A DNA stretch of 64,000 nt from Minisyncoccia bacterium. Lineage in GTDB: Bacteria > Patescibacteriota > Minisyncoccia > Phycocordibacterales > UBA918. The translations under genes and the position numbers were made by a program. Shown here one piece after another: positions 17,856 to 27,347 of the stretch. The notes beneath the pieces were generated by a model. That model was not told the origin of the DNA. It was given only the letters and a program-made list of their open reading frames with translations, and made no database searches. Numbering within the stretch: the first letter of the stretch is position 1; every line of letters starts with the position of its first letter. The stretch covers positions 62,602 through 126,601 of the forward strand of contig JBGSPE010000003.1 of NCBI GenBank assembly GCA_041738755.1, given 5' to 3'.

Positions 17856-19793
17856 CTACCGGACTTCCCAACCTTTGTCGGCGACGACCTTGTAGACGGT
17901 ATCCATATATCCAGCAACCTCATCATCAGTCAAGGTTTTTTCAAATGACTGAAAGACGAGACGGAAGGCGTAGGAGGTTCTCCCCTCTTTTGTAAAGGTG
18001 TCAAAGAGAGAAAGTCGGACAAGCAAGTCGCCAGCAGCGTGTGTGATGGTTGCTTCAATATCATAGGCCAACTCTCCTTCGCCCACCCACAGCGCAATAT
18101 CGCGACTAATGGCTGGATAGACTGACACTGCTTTGTACATTGCCGGACTATGGGAAATAAATTCTCCGTATGAAGATGGCACCGGTAAGGTTGGTAATAG
18201 AGCTGAAAGATTTGCTTCCGCTACCCCTTTATCGACCTTCCAATCGATTGGAAGGTTTAGTATGGTTTCAACTGTAGCACAAGCGGTCTTGAGGATGGCG
18301 TCATCTTTCGGATTATAACCATTGCCCTTGGTACGAACTCCAAGTGCGAGAGAAACATACTCAGTAACTGACGTGGAGGTCTTATCAAACACGGTACCAA
18401 TTTCAAATACCCTGACATCTGTCACGCCAAGTAAATCAGTATGAAGAAAGTTAGCATCGAGCGCTTTTTCAATGTTTTTAGTAAGTGTATTGCGAAGATA
18501 ACTCTTATCGGCAGCGAGAGCATTTTGTAATTGTATTTCTGCTTTATTGGTGAAGGACGAGGTAATAATTTCTGAAAAACCATTTTCAATCAGCTCTTGT
18601 CGAATGGCTTCGGTATAAAATTGTCGCACGTTTACTCGACTGACTGACTGGGGTTCTGGTGGGATTGCCACAATGGTATGGAGTCCATGGATACGACCAA
18701 TCTCCTCAATAAAATCTTCTGCAATCAATAAGTCATTACGCTCCCATGGTCCAACGACCGTAAAGCTCTCAGGTGTTTCGGCTGTCACCTCTGCTCCAAT
18801 TCGAAGCATAATGTCTTTCATTTCAGATGGTGACAAAGATAAGCCGAGCAATGCGTTTACCTGCACAAAGGGTACCGTCACTTCAGGATTTATTTTTTTA
18901 GCTTGATATGAGTCAACCCAACCCTCGAAGGTACCACCAGCGGTATCAGTGATAAGTTTTATGACTTCTGCCTGCGCAATCGGAACGAGTTCACGAGATG
19001 GTTCGTTTTCAAATCGCTTACTAGCGTCAATGACGATACCGAGGCGGCGAGCAGTTTTACGAGTGATAGTTGGATTAAAGTGAGCCGCTTCAATAAGAAT
19101 ATGTTTAGTACCGCTGTGTACCCCAGCAAACCGACCGCCTTTTACTCCCGCCAAACCAATTGGGGTATCGGTCGCTCCATCAACAATCAGTAACTCAGTT
19201 CCCTTGAGAGTTACGACTCTGTCACCTTCAGTCCCACCCTCAGGGAGTAAAGAAACCGTTTCATCTGGTCGGGCATGGCGTATGACAAAATTCCACTTCC
19301 CATCAACCTGGGTAAACAAGTCGGCATCATAGGCATGAGTTGGTTCACCAATGGCATACATGACGTAGTTGGTAGCATCGACAATGTTATTGATAGAACG
19401 GACTCCGAGTGCATTGAGTCGCTTCTTCAACCACTCAGGTGATTCTTTTACTTCAATGCCAGTTATTAAGGCAGCTGAGAAACGAGGGCAAGCGGTAGGA
19501 TTTTCAATTGTAATAGTGATTTTATCAGTGACGGCAAGCTCTACCGTTTGTTGTAGCGGATCAAGTGTAAGCTGCGTATTAAGCAGTGAAGCGAGCTCAC
19601 GCGCAATTCCTCTGTGACAGAGGCAGTCACTAGCCCGGTTCGGTAGCACACTCACGTCAATCACCGTCTCCCCTGCCACCTCATCAACACCATCCACTTC
19701 AAAAGAATGGAAGGTCAAAAGCTCTTCCACTTTTTCTGGAGATGGGAGACTGTCTCCAACATACTCTTTTAACCATGAGTGTACGACTTTCAT
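17856..19793 (-). CDS. pheT: Phenylalanyl-tRNA synthetase beta subunit, short form without the N-terminal tRNA-binding domain
   Basis: Start set at ATG 19793 ('MKVVHSWLKEYVGDSLPSPEKVEELLTFHSFEVDGVD', the canonical PheT N-terminus); the track's longer start at 19856 is probably not used. B3/4 and B5 regions recognisable. Confidence 0.85.
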   Translation of the reverse strand: MKVVHSWLKEYVGDSLPSPEKVEELLTFHSFEVDGVDEVAGETVIDVSVLPNRASDCLCHRGIARELASLLNTQLTLDPLQQTVELAVTDKITITIENPTACPRFSAALITGIEVKESPEWLKKRLNALGVRSINNIVDATNYVMYAIGEPTHAYDADLFTQVDGKWNFVIRHARPDETVSLLPEGGTEGDRVVTLKGTELLIVDGATDTPIGLAGVKGGRFAGVHSGTKHILIEAAHFNPTITRKTARRLGIVIDASKRFENEPSRELVPIAQAEVIKLITDTAGGTFEGWVDSYQAKKINPEVTVPFVQVNALLGLSLSPSEMKDIMLRIGAEVTAETPESFTVVGPWERNDLLIAEDFIEEIGRIHGLHTIVAIPPEPQSVSRVNVRQFYTEAIRQELIENGFSEIITSSFTNKAEIQLQNALAADKSYLRNTLTKNIEKALDANFLHTDLLGVTDVRVFEIGTVFDKTSTSVTEYVSLALGVRTKGNGYNPKDDAILKTACATVETILNLPIDWKVDKGVAEANLSALLPTLPVPSSYGEFISHSPAMYKAVSVYPAISRDIALWVGEGELAYDIEATITHAAGDLLVRLSLFDTFTKEGRTSYAFRLVFQSFEKTLTDDEVAGYMDTVYKVVADKGWEVR

Positions 19794-19795
19794 AT

Positions 19796-20059
19796 TCAGT
19801 CCGTTAGAGATAGAAAACTTTTTAAACGATTTTTTATGTATCTTTTTCCCATACAAGTTTTTAAGTATTTTTCTCTGTTAAACGCGTCAGTTTGACTAAG
19901 ACACATTTCGTAATAAATAATTTCAACAGGAAGTCTATCCTTTGTGGAAGTGACATAACCTTGTTGATGTTGTTTAAAACGTTTTCGTAAATCATTTGTA
20001 CAACCAGTATATAACTTATTATCGTTAAGACTTTTGAGTACATAGACATAATATGACAT
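19796..20059 (-). CDS. Freestanding GIY-YIG nuclease-domain protein (87 aa) inserted between pheS and pheT
   Basis: 'YYVYVLKSLNDNKLYTGCTNDLRKRFKQHQQG' carries GIY-YIG hallmarks (YVYxL...YxGxT.dlxxRxxxH). Its stop TGA lies 2 nt before the pheT ATG. Confidence 0.65.
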   Translation of the reverse strand: MSYYVYVLKSLNDNKLYTGCTNDLRKRFKQHQQGYVTSTKDRLPVEIIYYEMCLSQTDAFNREKYLKTCMGKRYIKNRLKSFLSLTD

Positions 20060-20075
20060 ATTAATCTCTAACGGA

Positions 20076-20801
20076 CTAAAACTGATTTACAAACCTAAGG
20101 TCGCCGGTGTAATAATCACGAATATCTTCTACGCCATATCGCATCACCCCAAGCCTATCAACTCCAATCCCAAAGGCATACCCTGAATAAACAGTTGGAT
20201 CAATACCGCAGTTGCGAAGTACGTTTGGGTGCACCATTCCGGCCCCCATGACTTCAATCCACTTCCCCGCGAGCTTTGAATTACCATCAAGTAGTTTCAT
20301 ATCTACCTCAACACCTGGTTCGACAAACGGGAAGAAGCTCGGTCGAAAGCGTACCTCAGTGCTCCCACTAAAAAACTTTGAAAAGAAGTATTCGAGCGTG
20401 CCCTTGAGGTGACCAAGATTAATATCTTTGTCGACATGCAATCCTTCCAGCTGATAAAACTGCGCTTCGTGAGTAGCGTCAGTAGCTTCATTTCGGAATA
20501 CCTTACCCGGTACAATCATCTTGATTGGTGGTTGGTTATGTTCCATAAACCGAGCTTGAACTGGACTGGTATGAGTTCGCAGTACCATTGGCTCGCTAAC
20601 ATCTTTGGTCTTAAACCAAAACGTATCCTGCATATCGCGCGACGGGTGATCTTTCGCTACGTTTAATTTATCAAAATTGTATTCTTCTGTTTCAGCTTCT
20701 GGACCTTCCGCAAACACAAAACCAATCTCCGAAAAGATGTGATTGATTTCGGCAATCATCTGTGACAGCGGATGTTGATGGCCAGCCGGGATTTGGTGCA
20801 T
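20076..20801 (-). CDS. pheS: Phenylalanyl-tRNA synthetase alpha subunit (catalytic core only, 241 aa)
   Basis: Class II motifs: 'FRNEATDATHEAQFYQLEGL' (motif 2), 'GYAFGIGVDRLGVMRYGVEDIR' (motif 3). Confidence 0.85.
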   Translation of the reverse strand: MHQIPAGHQHPLSQMIAEINHIFSEIGFVFAEGPEAETEEYNFDKLNVAKDHPSRDMQDTFWFKTKDVSEPMVLRTHTSPVQARFMEHNQPPIKMIVPGKVFRNEATDATHEAQFYQLEGLHVDKDINLGHLKGTLEYFFSKFFSGSTEVRFRPSFFPFVEPGVEVDMKLLDGNSKLAGKWIEVMGAGMVHPNVLRNCGIDPTVYSGYAFGIGVDRLGVMRYGVEDIRDYYTGDLRFVNQF

Positions 20802-20806
20802 AGGAA

Positions 20807-21964
20807 TTAGTTATCTGCTTCGATTGTTGTAAGCAACTCAAAATATCGACCGTCTTCCTCTACGTATATATTGTCATCGGTAACCACTACCTCAAAGTCA
20901 TCCCCTTCGTAAATCTTTTGGGTATTTTGCCACGCTCGGTCGTCAATCTCTGTAACATAGAGACCGTCTTCTAATTTGAGAATAACAAGATCATTCACAT
21001 CAGGAAAGAAGAAGAACGAGTCGACTGTTTGCCACTTTCTATCAAGTTTGATTTCACTCCGGCAAGCGCGCGTATTGGCAAACCATAGTGGTGTGGTTGT
21101 AGAGAGCCGTTGTGTATCAACCTGCAAAGCGACATGCTCACCATACCGGGTCGCCAGTGTACTCGTCGCGGCATCAAACACGCAGAAATAGTGCGGTACA
21201 GTGTTCTCTGATCCAACCCAGCGCGCGTACAGTTCATTTTCTCTTAAGACGATGCGCATATTGTTTCGCTCAATAAATGCTTCAGTGGTAGAAGCAACCG
21301 GGACACTGCTCGTTGCAAACCGAAACTGTTCAAGTTGTGTTTCAATTCGGTCAACCAATGTCGATGAGGCAGCAGTACTACTCGCCATCTCGGTGAAAAG
21401 GCTCATTACAAAATCAAATTCAGTGTTAGCTGTCAGGGTACCCGTAGCGGTGGTGGTTGTAACCAAAAATGGTTCGGTGGTTGTACCTTTTGCAAAAAGG
21501 TTAGTTGAGGTACTGCTCTCAATAAACACCCCGACTCCAGTGGCATTTCGGTATTCTGGAATTGGGCGGATTTGTGGTTCGACCGGCATGTTAAAGGCTG
21601 CTACCTCAGTCACTATATATGGATCAACCGGAAGTTCTTTTACCCAAGTTTGTAAACCATTCCCTTGTACCACCAACCGATGAACTCCATTTTCAATATT
21701 TTGGATATAGTAGGCACTCCGAAAGAGACGCGGACGGTCTACTTGCACCTCATCTAAATAGACGTCTACATCAAGATTATTTGTCGTAATATAAATTCCA
21801 CCCGTAGTAACAATTGTCGTTTCTTCATTTTCAAAACTCAGACGGTAGCCTGACGTGTAAAAAATAAAAATCGGCAAGGTGACGAGAAAAATTGCCAAAA
21901 GTAAAAAGAAGAAACTTTGCCGTTTACGATATGAGAGTAATTTAATTTGTGGTTCAGTTGGCAT
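20807..21964 (-). CDS. Membrane-anchored PEGA-domain protein
   Basis: N-terminal TM 'FFFLLLAIFLVTLPIFIFYT'; PEGA-like 'LDVDVYLDEVQVDRPRLF...NIENGVHRLVVQGNGLQTWVKELPVDP'. Confidence 0.55.
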   Translation of the reverse strand: MPTEPQIKLLSYRKRQSFFFLLLAIFLVTLPIFIFYTSGYRLSFENEETTIVTTGGIYITTNNLDVDVYLDEVQVDRPRLFRSAYYIQNIENGVHRLVVQGNGLQTWVKELPVDPYIVTEVAAFNMPVEPQIRPIPEYRNATGVGVFIESSTSTNLFAKGTTTEPFLVTTTTATGTLTANTEFDFVMSLFTEMASSTAASSTLVDRIETQLEQFRFATSSVPVASTTEAFIERNNMRIVLRENELYARWVGSENTVPHYFCVFDAATSTLATRYGEHVALQVDTQRLSTTTPLWFANTRACRSEIKLDRKWQTVDSFFFFPDVNDLVILKLEDGLYVTEIDDRAWQNTQKIYEGDDFEVVVTDDNIYVEEDGRYFELLTTIEADN

Positions 21965-21969
21965 AGAGG

Positions 21970-23529
21970 TTATTTGACTCGTTTTGGGGTTACCCAGAAG
22001 CCCATGTACCGACCAAACATCAGTCGGGTCTGGGCATCAAGACCTGGCAAAGCGCTAAAGATAATCATCGTGATAGGAACCATAATCCACTGGAGTACCA
22101 TTACGACATATTTAAAACGAGAGTATTTCTCTGGTCGAGGCGGTGTCAGTGACAGTGAGATGATTGAAGAAATAACTAATCCAATCATCGCGATAATGAG
22201 AAGATTTCGCACCATGATAGGTAACTCGTAGGAAAGTACTGTTTCATGAAATTCACGAGTCCCTAAGAAAATTGGAGCCCACCCTAAAATGAAAAGCATG
22301 ATGGGATTGGTCACCAGTGACCAATACCCTTCCCCTTGAAGTGCCGCAATTGCTAGTCGCTTTTTGAGAGGAATATTTTTGTTCTTCGTAAAGTGAAAAG
22401 TAATGTATACCCAGTTCTCAACACCATAGGTCCACCGTCGGTGTTGTTTGTAGATATTTTTAATTGTTCCGAAGAAGGTTGGTGCGATTGTAGCGTCCAT
22501 CGAGATGGGATATGAAAGCGGCACAATATCAAACACTCCATCATTGGCAATCAAAAGGTTCCAATAAATACGCGAATCTTCACTCACGACATTTGCTTGC
22601 CCATAGCCTATTTCATAGAGCGCTTGGTATGACACAGAGTGAGACGAGAACGTAGCGGACTTATCAGGCCGTTCCTGCATAATCATTTGCCAAAAGGTAC
22701 TCGACATCGCCATTACCCGAGACAAAGCCGGAGCTTCCCAGAGATTGTTATTAAATAATGGCACCGGTTGAAAAGCACTCTTGTAAGGATGTTCACTATT
22801 CAAGAAGTGCCACATAAGGCAGTTAAAGTAGTCAGGGTAAATAACCGTATCCACATCAAAAATAGAAGTGATGATATCTTCGTTCGGGATGTTGTTGGCA
22901 GCAATTATCTCAGTATGAACCTGATGAAGGGCATGGTGTGTGTTTGACCCCTTACCAGCCAGTTCACCTGGAATATCTGCTGGGTGAGCTGAAACCAAGA
23001 AGTGACCAAACATATGACCGTACTTTTCTTGCATGGCATGACCTTGCGCAACAGCCCCCTCGCCTGCTCGCTCTTCAGCTGCCAACACAACAATCATTTT
23101 TTTAAGATCATACTTGGCTGCAGTAAGACCTCGTAGTGCTTCTTCAAGCACCTCTACCGGTTCGCTGTAATACGGAAAGATAATTAAATGATGGAATTTT
23201 TGGTACGGTAGTGCACTAACCAGCATCTGCCAATCAAGTTGCATATGGTGCTTAAGACGCTTCCAGTTATACCGGACGTGGTAAGAAAGGAAGATTGTCT
23301 TTAATACCCAGTAGATAGCAAAAGCAATAATGAAATAAGCCGCCCAGAATGGGAAATAGATTGAAGCGAGAATCACTCCAATCAAAGCTGACCACGATAG
23401 CGCTCCTGGAACAATCTCAAGAAACCGATAAAAACGTCTATCAGACCCGGTGAGTTCCGTGGCACGACCGACCTTAAAGTCAGGCCGTCTCGCGTAAGGA
23501 AGTAAATGCGACTGTGATTCTTCCGACAT
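21970..23529 (-). CDS. Family-2 glycosyltransferase, processive beta-glycan-synthase-like (QxxRW) integral membrane protein
   Basis: DxD 'FDVDTVIYPDYF'; 'VVSEDSRIYWN'; 'KQHRRWTYGVENW' (QxxRW); N- and C-terminal TM helices. Confidence 0.65.
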   Translation of the reverse strand: MSEESQSHLLPYARRPDFKVGRATELTGSDRRFYRFLEIVPGALSWSALIGVILASIYFPFWAAYFIIAFAIYWVLKTIFLSYHVRYNWKRLKHHMQLDWQMLVSALPYQKFHHLIIFPYYSEPVEVLEEALRGLTAAKYDLKKMIVVLAAEERAGEGAVAQGHAMQEKYGHMFGHFLVSAHPADIPGELAGKGSNTHHALHQVHTEIIAANNIPNEDIITSIFDVDTVIYPDYFNCLMWHFLNSEHPYKSAFQPVPLFNNNLWEAPALSRVMAMSSTFWQMIMQERPDKSATFSSHSVSYQALYEIGYGQANVVSEDSRIYWNLLIANDGVFDIVPLSYPISMDATIAPTFFGTIKNIYKQHRRWTYGVENWVYITFHFTKNKNIPLKKRLAIAALQGEGYWSLVTNPIMLFILGWAPIFLGTREFHETVLSYELPIMVRNLLIIAMIGLVISSIISLSLTPPRPEKYSRFKYVVMVLQWIMVPITMIIFSALPGLDAQTRLMFGRYMGFWVTPKRVK

Positions 23530-23649
23530 GTGTACCCCGGAGTATACCGCGTTTTCAGGGGGAAATAAAGGTATTGTGGTGCTTATTTAACTCAGCGCGT
23601 AAGAGTATTTAGACCATCGGATAATTGCCTCTATGGTATTATTATATAT

Positions 23650-24036
23650 ATGAAATGTCTCACTTGCTCAAAAGAGCTAAAGCCCTATCAAAAGAAATAT
23701 TGTTCAAATCTGTGCCAACATGAGCAGCAGAATCGTGAATATATTAAACTCTGGAAAGCAGGACAGGCAGATGGAAATCGTGGCAAAAAAGTAAAGCTTT
23801 TATCAAAACACTTACGTCGCTACTTAATATCTAAACATGACGAAAAATGTTCTCAATGTGCATGGTCAATAAAACATTCAGTTACTGGAGTTGTACCTCT
23901 TGAGATTGATCATATTGATGGTAATGCAGAGAATAATGCCGAAGAAAACCTACGACTCTTATGTCCAAATTGTCACGCACTAACCCCGCACTTTAGAAAC
24001 TTAAATCGCGGACACGGTCGAACATGGAGAAAATAA
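23650..24036 (+). CDS. HNH endonuclease with an N-terminal Cys-rich zinc finger
   Basis: 'CxxC...CxxxC' N-terminus; HNH core 'EIDHIDGNAENNAEENLRLLCPNCHA'. Confidence 0.65.
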   Translation: MKCLTCSKELKPYQKKYCSNLCQHEQQNREYIKLWKAGQADGNRGKKVKLLSKHLRRYLISKHDEKCSQCAWSIKHSVTGVVPLEIDHIDGNAENNAEENLRLLCPNCHALTPHFRNLNRGHGRTWRK

Positions 24037-24066
24037 AAGGACCGCTGTGAAGCGGTCCTTTTATTA
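24037..24066. terminator. Hairpin terminator after the HNH gene (also downstream of tRNA-Thr on the other strand)
   Basis: Stem ggaccgct(24039-24046)/agcggtcc(24051-24058) with a GTGA loop, plus TTTTATT. Confidence 0.55.
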
Positions 24067-24084
24067 GATTGTTTCAAATTTTTG

Positions 24085-24157
24085 AGCCGCCTGTCAGGCT
24101 CGAACTGACGACCTACGCGTTACAAATGCGTTGCTCTACCAACTGAGCTAAGGCGGC
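24085..24157 (-). tRNA. tRNA-Thr (anticodon UGU), CCA not encoded, discriminator U73
   Basis: Folded by hand as a cloverleaf: acceptor GCCGCCU/AGGCGGC, D-arm GCUC-AGUUGGUA-GAGC, anticodon loop UUUGUAA, variable AGGUC, T-arm GUCAG-UUCGAGC-CUGAC. There is one A31-C39 mismatch. Confidence 0.8.
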
Positions 24158-24230
24158 TAAAAAATTTTAAACTCTTTGAAGAAATATTTTTTGTTACAAA
24201 TGGTTCGAACGTATCCCATACGTTCTTACC

Positions 24231-24254
24231 TCTCCCAACTAAACCAAGGCGGCT
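24231..24254 (-). repeat. Duplicated 5' fragment (~24 nt) of the tRNA-Thr gene, 74 nt upstream of it
   Basis: Minus-strand AGCCGCCUUGGUUUAGUUGGGAGA versus tRNA 5' AGCCGCCUUAGCUCAGUUGGUAGA. No matching 3' acceptor strand; the adjacent perfect hairpin gaacgtat-ggg-atacgttc (24203-24221) does not complete a cloverleaf. Confidence 0.4.
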
Positions 24255-24297
24255 TATTTATTGGTGCCCTGCATCATAGCAAATCCTCCAAAATTTA

Positions 24298-24741
24298 CTA
24301 GTGGGTATCTTCGAGCTTGTCGTGCCGAATTCGCGCTTGCTCTTCGGGAGTCAAAGCAACCTTGGCTTTATGCTCTGCAACCTTGCTTAAGTGATTATCA
24401 GAAAACGTATTTCTCATTTCAGCCCGGAGAAGTTTGGCTTTCTGACGATTATTTTCAAAATGAGCTTCGATATATTCATATGTTCTAAGCAGCACCGTTA
24501 GAAACGTACGAAGTAGTGAATGAATACTGTAATACCACCCCAGCTGTACCACATACCGAGCAAAGTTTCGCCACGCCTCTTTAGCTCGGCGACCTACTTC
24601 AATAAACAGATAATCAAGCCAACTACGAAAGCGCTTCAGAATGAAGCGCTTTCCTGTTCTTTTTTCAAATTGTACCACTACCGTTAACACTATCCATAAG
24701 CTCAGGCTTATTACAAACGTTGTGAGAGGTGGTGTAAGCAT
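24298..24741 (-). CDS. Hypothetical membrane protein (147 aa)
   Basis: ORF with an N-terminal TM pair and a basic/helical C-terminus; no family recognised. Confidence 0.45.
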   Translation of the reverse strand: MLTPPLTTFVISLSLWIVLTVVVQFEKRTGKRFILKRFRSWLDYLFIEVGRRAKEAWRNFARYVVQLGWYYSIHSLLRTFLTVLLRTYEYIEAHFENNRQKAKLLRAEMRNTFSDNHLSKVAEHKAKVALTPEEQARIRHDKLEDTH

Positions 24742-24745
24742 TACA

Positions 24746-25330
24746 TTATTTTACCGCCACTCGGGAAATTTTCACAATTGAAACATTTTCGCCGAATTTC
24801 TGAACGGCACCACTTACCATTTCCTTAATAGTTATATCTGGGTTTTTGATGAATGGTTGTTCAAGGAGGATTTGATCTCTAAAGTAAGAAGCCAACTTCC
24901 CTTCCATAATTTTCTCTTGCATGTCAGCTGGCTTATCAGCTACCTCAGCTGCAAAAACTTCTTTAGCTTTTTCGATTGCTTCAGCTGGTACTTCTTCACG
25001 TGTGATGAAGCCCGGATTATTAGCTGCTACTTGCATTGCAATGTCACGAGCCAACGCTACGAACTCAACGTTCTTAGAAACAAAGTCTGTCTCACAACCA
25101 AGCAGTACCATAGCAGCCACCTCGTTCGTATTATGAACATATGAACCTACAGCGCCCGCGCCAATCTCTCTATCAGACTTCTTATCAGCAGCTTCACTTC
25201 GCTTCTTCTTAAGGATGATGACCGCCTTCTCCATGTCACCATCTGCTTCTTCGAGTGCTCGCTTACACTGCATCACTGAAATACCAGTCATGTCACGAAG
25301 TTCTTTTAATTGTGCTGAAGTAATTTCCAT
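24746..25330 (-). CDS. tsf: Elongation factor Ts (short form)
   Basis: Start at ATG 25330 'MEITSAQLKELRDMTGISVMQCKRALEE' (UBA-like N-terminus typical of EF-Ts); the track start at 25339 is a TTG. Confidence 0.85.
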   Translation of the reverse strand: MEITSAQLKELRDMTGISVMQCKRALEEADGDMEKAVIILKKKRSEAADKKSDREIGAGAVGSYVHNTNEVAAMVLLGCETDFVSKNVEFVALARDIAMQVAANNPGFITREEVPAEAIEKAKEVFAAEVADKPADMQEKIMEGKLASYFRDQILLEQPFIKNPDITIKEMVSGAVQKFGENVSIVKISRVAVK

Positions 25331-25387
25331 AAAATACAAAACTTAAGAATGAACAAATAAATTTGACCGAGCTGGCAGCGTGCCGAC

Positions 25388-26143
25388 TTACGCAGTCTTT
25401 CGTCGTGTGAATGAAGATTCACGAGGGGCTACTGGGCGTGGGACATATGCTGCTGCTCCTTCTTGATATGCCTTAGCGAGTTCTTCAAGTACGAGCTTCA
25501 CACTTGTTTGTAGTGAATCATTGGCTACAACTGGATAGGTAATTTTATCAGCGTCACAGTCAGAACTCATGATACCGATAACGGGTACACCACAGGTAGC
25601 AGCTTCCGTGACCGCAATCACATCGTGTCGTGGGTCAACCACCACCATGAAGTCAGGAGCCTTTGTAATTTTTGAAATACCAAAGAAATTGAATGTGAGT
25701 TTATCCATTTCTCGACCAATCATCACTCGTTCTTTCTTTGTGTACTTTCGTTCAAGTTCACCTGATTCTTTTTCCTTCGTAAGGGTATCGAGTCGGTTGA
25801 TACGCTTTTTGATTTCTGGCAGGTTAGTCAACATCCCTCCAATCCATCGGTTTGCTACATATTGGAAACCTCCCTCTTCAGCGATTTTCTTCACGAGCTT
25901 TGAAGATTCATCTTTTGTACCAACAAACATTACCGTCTTACCAGTAAGACCAGCTTGTTTGAGAACTTCTTTTGCTGTTTCAATTGAAGCTGAGGTTTTC
26001 TCGAGATCGAAGACATCGACACCATCTTTAGTGGCGAAAAGGTACGGAATAACGGTTGGGTGTCGGCGACTCTTTTTGAAACCAAAATGAGCTCCGGCTG
26101 TAAACAGACGTTGGATTAATGTTGTATCGTTGGATGTTGACAT
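25388..26143 (-). CDS. rpsB: 30S ribosomal protein S2
   Basis: 'LFTAGAHFGFKKSRRHPTVIPYLFATKDGVDVFDLEKT...' and the conserved rpsB-tsf order. ATG at 26143 preferred over the TTG at 26161. Confidence 0.9.
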   Translation of the reverse strand: MSTSNDTTLIQRLFTAGAHFGFKKSRRHPTVIPYLFATKDGVDVFDLEKTSASIETAKEVLKQAGLTGKTVMFVGTKDESSKLVKKIAEEGGFQYVANRWIGGMLTNLPEIKKRINRLDTLTKEKESGELERKYTKKERVMIGREMDKLTFNFFGISKITKAPDFMVVVDPRHDVIAVTEAATCGVPVIGIMSSDCDADKITYPVVANDSLQTSVKLVLEELAKAYQEGAAAYVPRPVAPRESSFTRRKTA

Positions 26144-26203
26144 AATAATAGTTATAGGCAAAAAGCGTAACCGCTTAGCGACGAGATGGTAGCATAGCCA
26201 CCA

Positions 26204-27199
26204 TTATTCTGCAACAGCTTCGCCACTAGCTTCAGCTGTTAAAGCCTCGACGATTGAACCAATTCCCCCAGCCATAATCTCTTCGAGGTTATGCCACGAC
26301 TGCTTAATCCTGTGGTCAGTCACCCGACTCTGCGGGAAATTATAGGTACGAATCTTTTCCGACCGGTCCCCTGTCCCAATTTGACCTTTTCGTTCTGAAG
26401 CATGCTTCTTTGCCCCCTCTTCATCATGAATAGCTTCGAGCTTCGCCATCAGGAGTGTCATAGCCTTTTCTCGGTTTTTGAGCTGAGAACGTTCTGATTG
26501 TGAGCGAACATCGATACCGGTTGGCTTATGGATGAGCCTAACGGCAGTTTCTACCTTGTTGACGTTCTGCCCACCTGCTCCACCTGCTCGCGAGAACTCC
26601 ATATCAATATCTCCAGGATTAATCTCAAAGAGAGGCTTTTTACGCATTGGTAACACCGCCACAGATGCAGTAGAGGTGTGAATTCGGCCCGCTTTTTCAG
26701 TTACCGGGATTCGTTGTACTCGGTGCACACCGGTTTCGTACCGGAGTGAATCGTAGACAGTCGGGCCTACAATTTCAAAGGCAGCCTCTTTGTACCCACC
26801 TGAAGTAGCTCTTGATTCGTGATCTTTTGAGTACGCCCACCGTTGTACTTCGGCATACCCGAGATACATGAGAGCAAGCTCTTCAGCAAACAGAGCCGCT
26901 TCATCTCCACCAGCGGCCGCTCGTACTTCAAGCACTACTCCGTACGGTTTCACCTCTTCTTCTTTCGAAGACTCAATGATTCTCGCCATTTCATCAAACG
27001 ACGCTTTGAGTTGCTCATCGAGCTCGGCTAATTCTTCGTTGGCTAATTCGACCATTTCTGGGTCATTCAAAAGCTCCGCAGCGAGCTCGCGTTTTTTCAT
27101 CAATGCATCAAACTGCGTACACAAAAATTGTGTCTTATGATTGTCTCTAAAAGATTGTAGGGTTTCTTCAGAAAAGTCCATGGGAGGTATACTACACAA
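26204..27199 (-). CDS. prfA: Peptide chain release factor 1
   Basis: PxT tripeptide '[14 protein letters not shown]' (PVT) and GGQ '[11 protein letters not shown]'. The start is ambiguous: TTG at 27199 or ATG at 27181. Confidence 0.8.
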   Translation of the reverse strand: MCSIPPMDFSEETLQSFRDNHKTQFLCTQFDALMKKRELAAELLNDPEMVELANEELAELDEQLKASFDEMARIIESSKEEEVKPYGVVLEVRAAAGGDEAALFAEELALMYLGYAEVQRWAYSKDHESRATSGGYKEAAFEIVGPTVYDSLRYETGVHRVQRIPVTEKAGRIHTSTASVAVLPMRKKPLFEINPGDIDMEFSRAGGAGGQNVNKVETAVRLIHKPTGIDVRSQSERSQLKNREKAMTLLMAKLEAIHDEEGAKKHASERKGQIGTGDRSEKIRTYNFPQSRVTDHRIKQSWHNLEEIMAGGIGSIVEALTAEASGEAVAE

Positions 27200-27275
27200 T
27201 AAAACGTGAAAATAGAAGCGTTCTTAACTCATGCTAATTAACAAAGGCGATAAAATGATTTAGATGCTAGGCACA

Positions 27276-27331
27276 AAAACAAAAATCGCGTGAGGTGTAC
27301 TAGACGTACATTGAACGCGATTTTTGTTTTT
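27276..27331. terminator. Two-tier hairpin terminator downstream of rpmE
   Basis: Outer stem atcgcgt(27285-27291)/acgcgat(27315-27321), inner tgtac/gtaca, flanked by A-run and T-run. Confidence 0.5.
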
Positions 27332-27347
27332 TAACGACGCAGATGAA

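Noticed and set aside
19794-19856. Extended N-terminal starts from the ORF track: pheT 'MYGKK...' here, and likewise gatB 'MQNPP...' (to 56982), secA 'MVVSG...' (to 60967) and tsf 'MYFM...' (to 25339)
   Set aside because: Several track starts are non-ATG (TTG and similar) first-in-frame codons; homolog-consistent ATG starts lie downstream and avoid overlaps with neighbouring genes.
24195-24254. Possible second complete tRNA upstream of tRNA-Thr
   Set aside because: Only the 5' acceptor/D-arm-like part is present; no complementary 3' acceptor strand, D-stem pairing fails, and the adjacent hairpin lacks a T-loop consensus. Recorded as a tRNA fragment instead.
24857-27140. Plus-strand ORFs antisense to tsf, rpsB and prfA (24857..25144, 25569..26090, 26868..27140)
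   Set aside because: Embedded antisense to highly conserved translation genes; low-complexity Ser/Ala-rich products.
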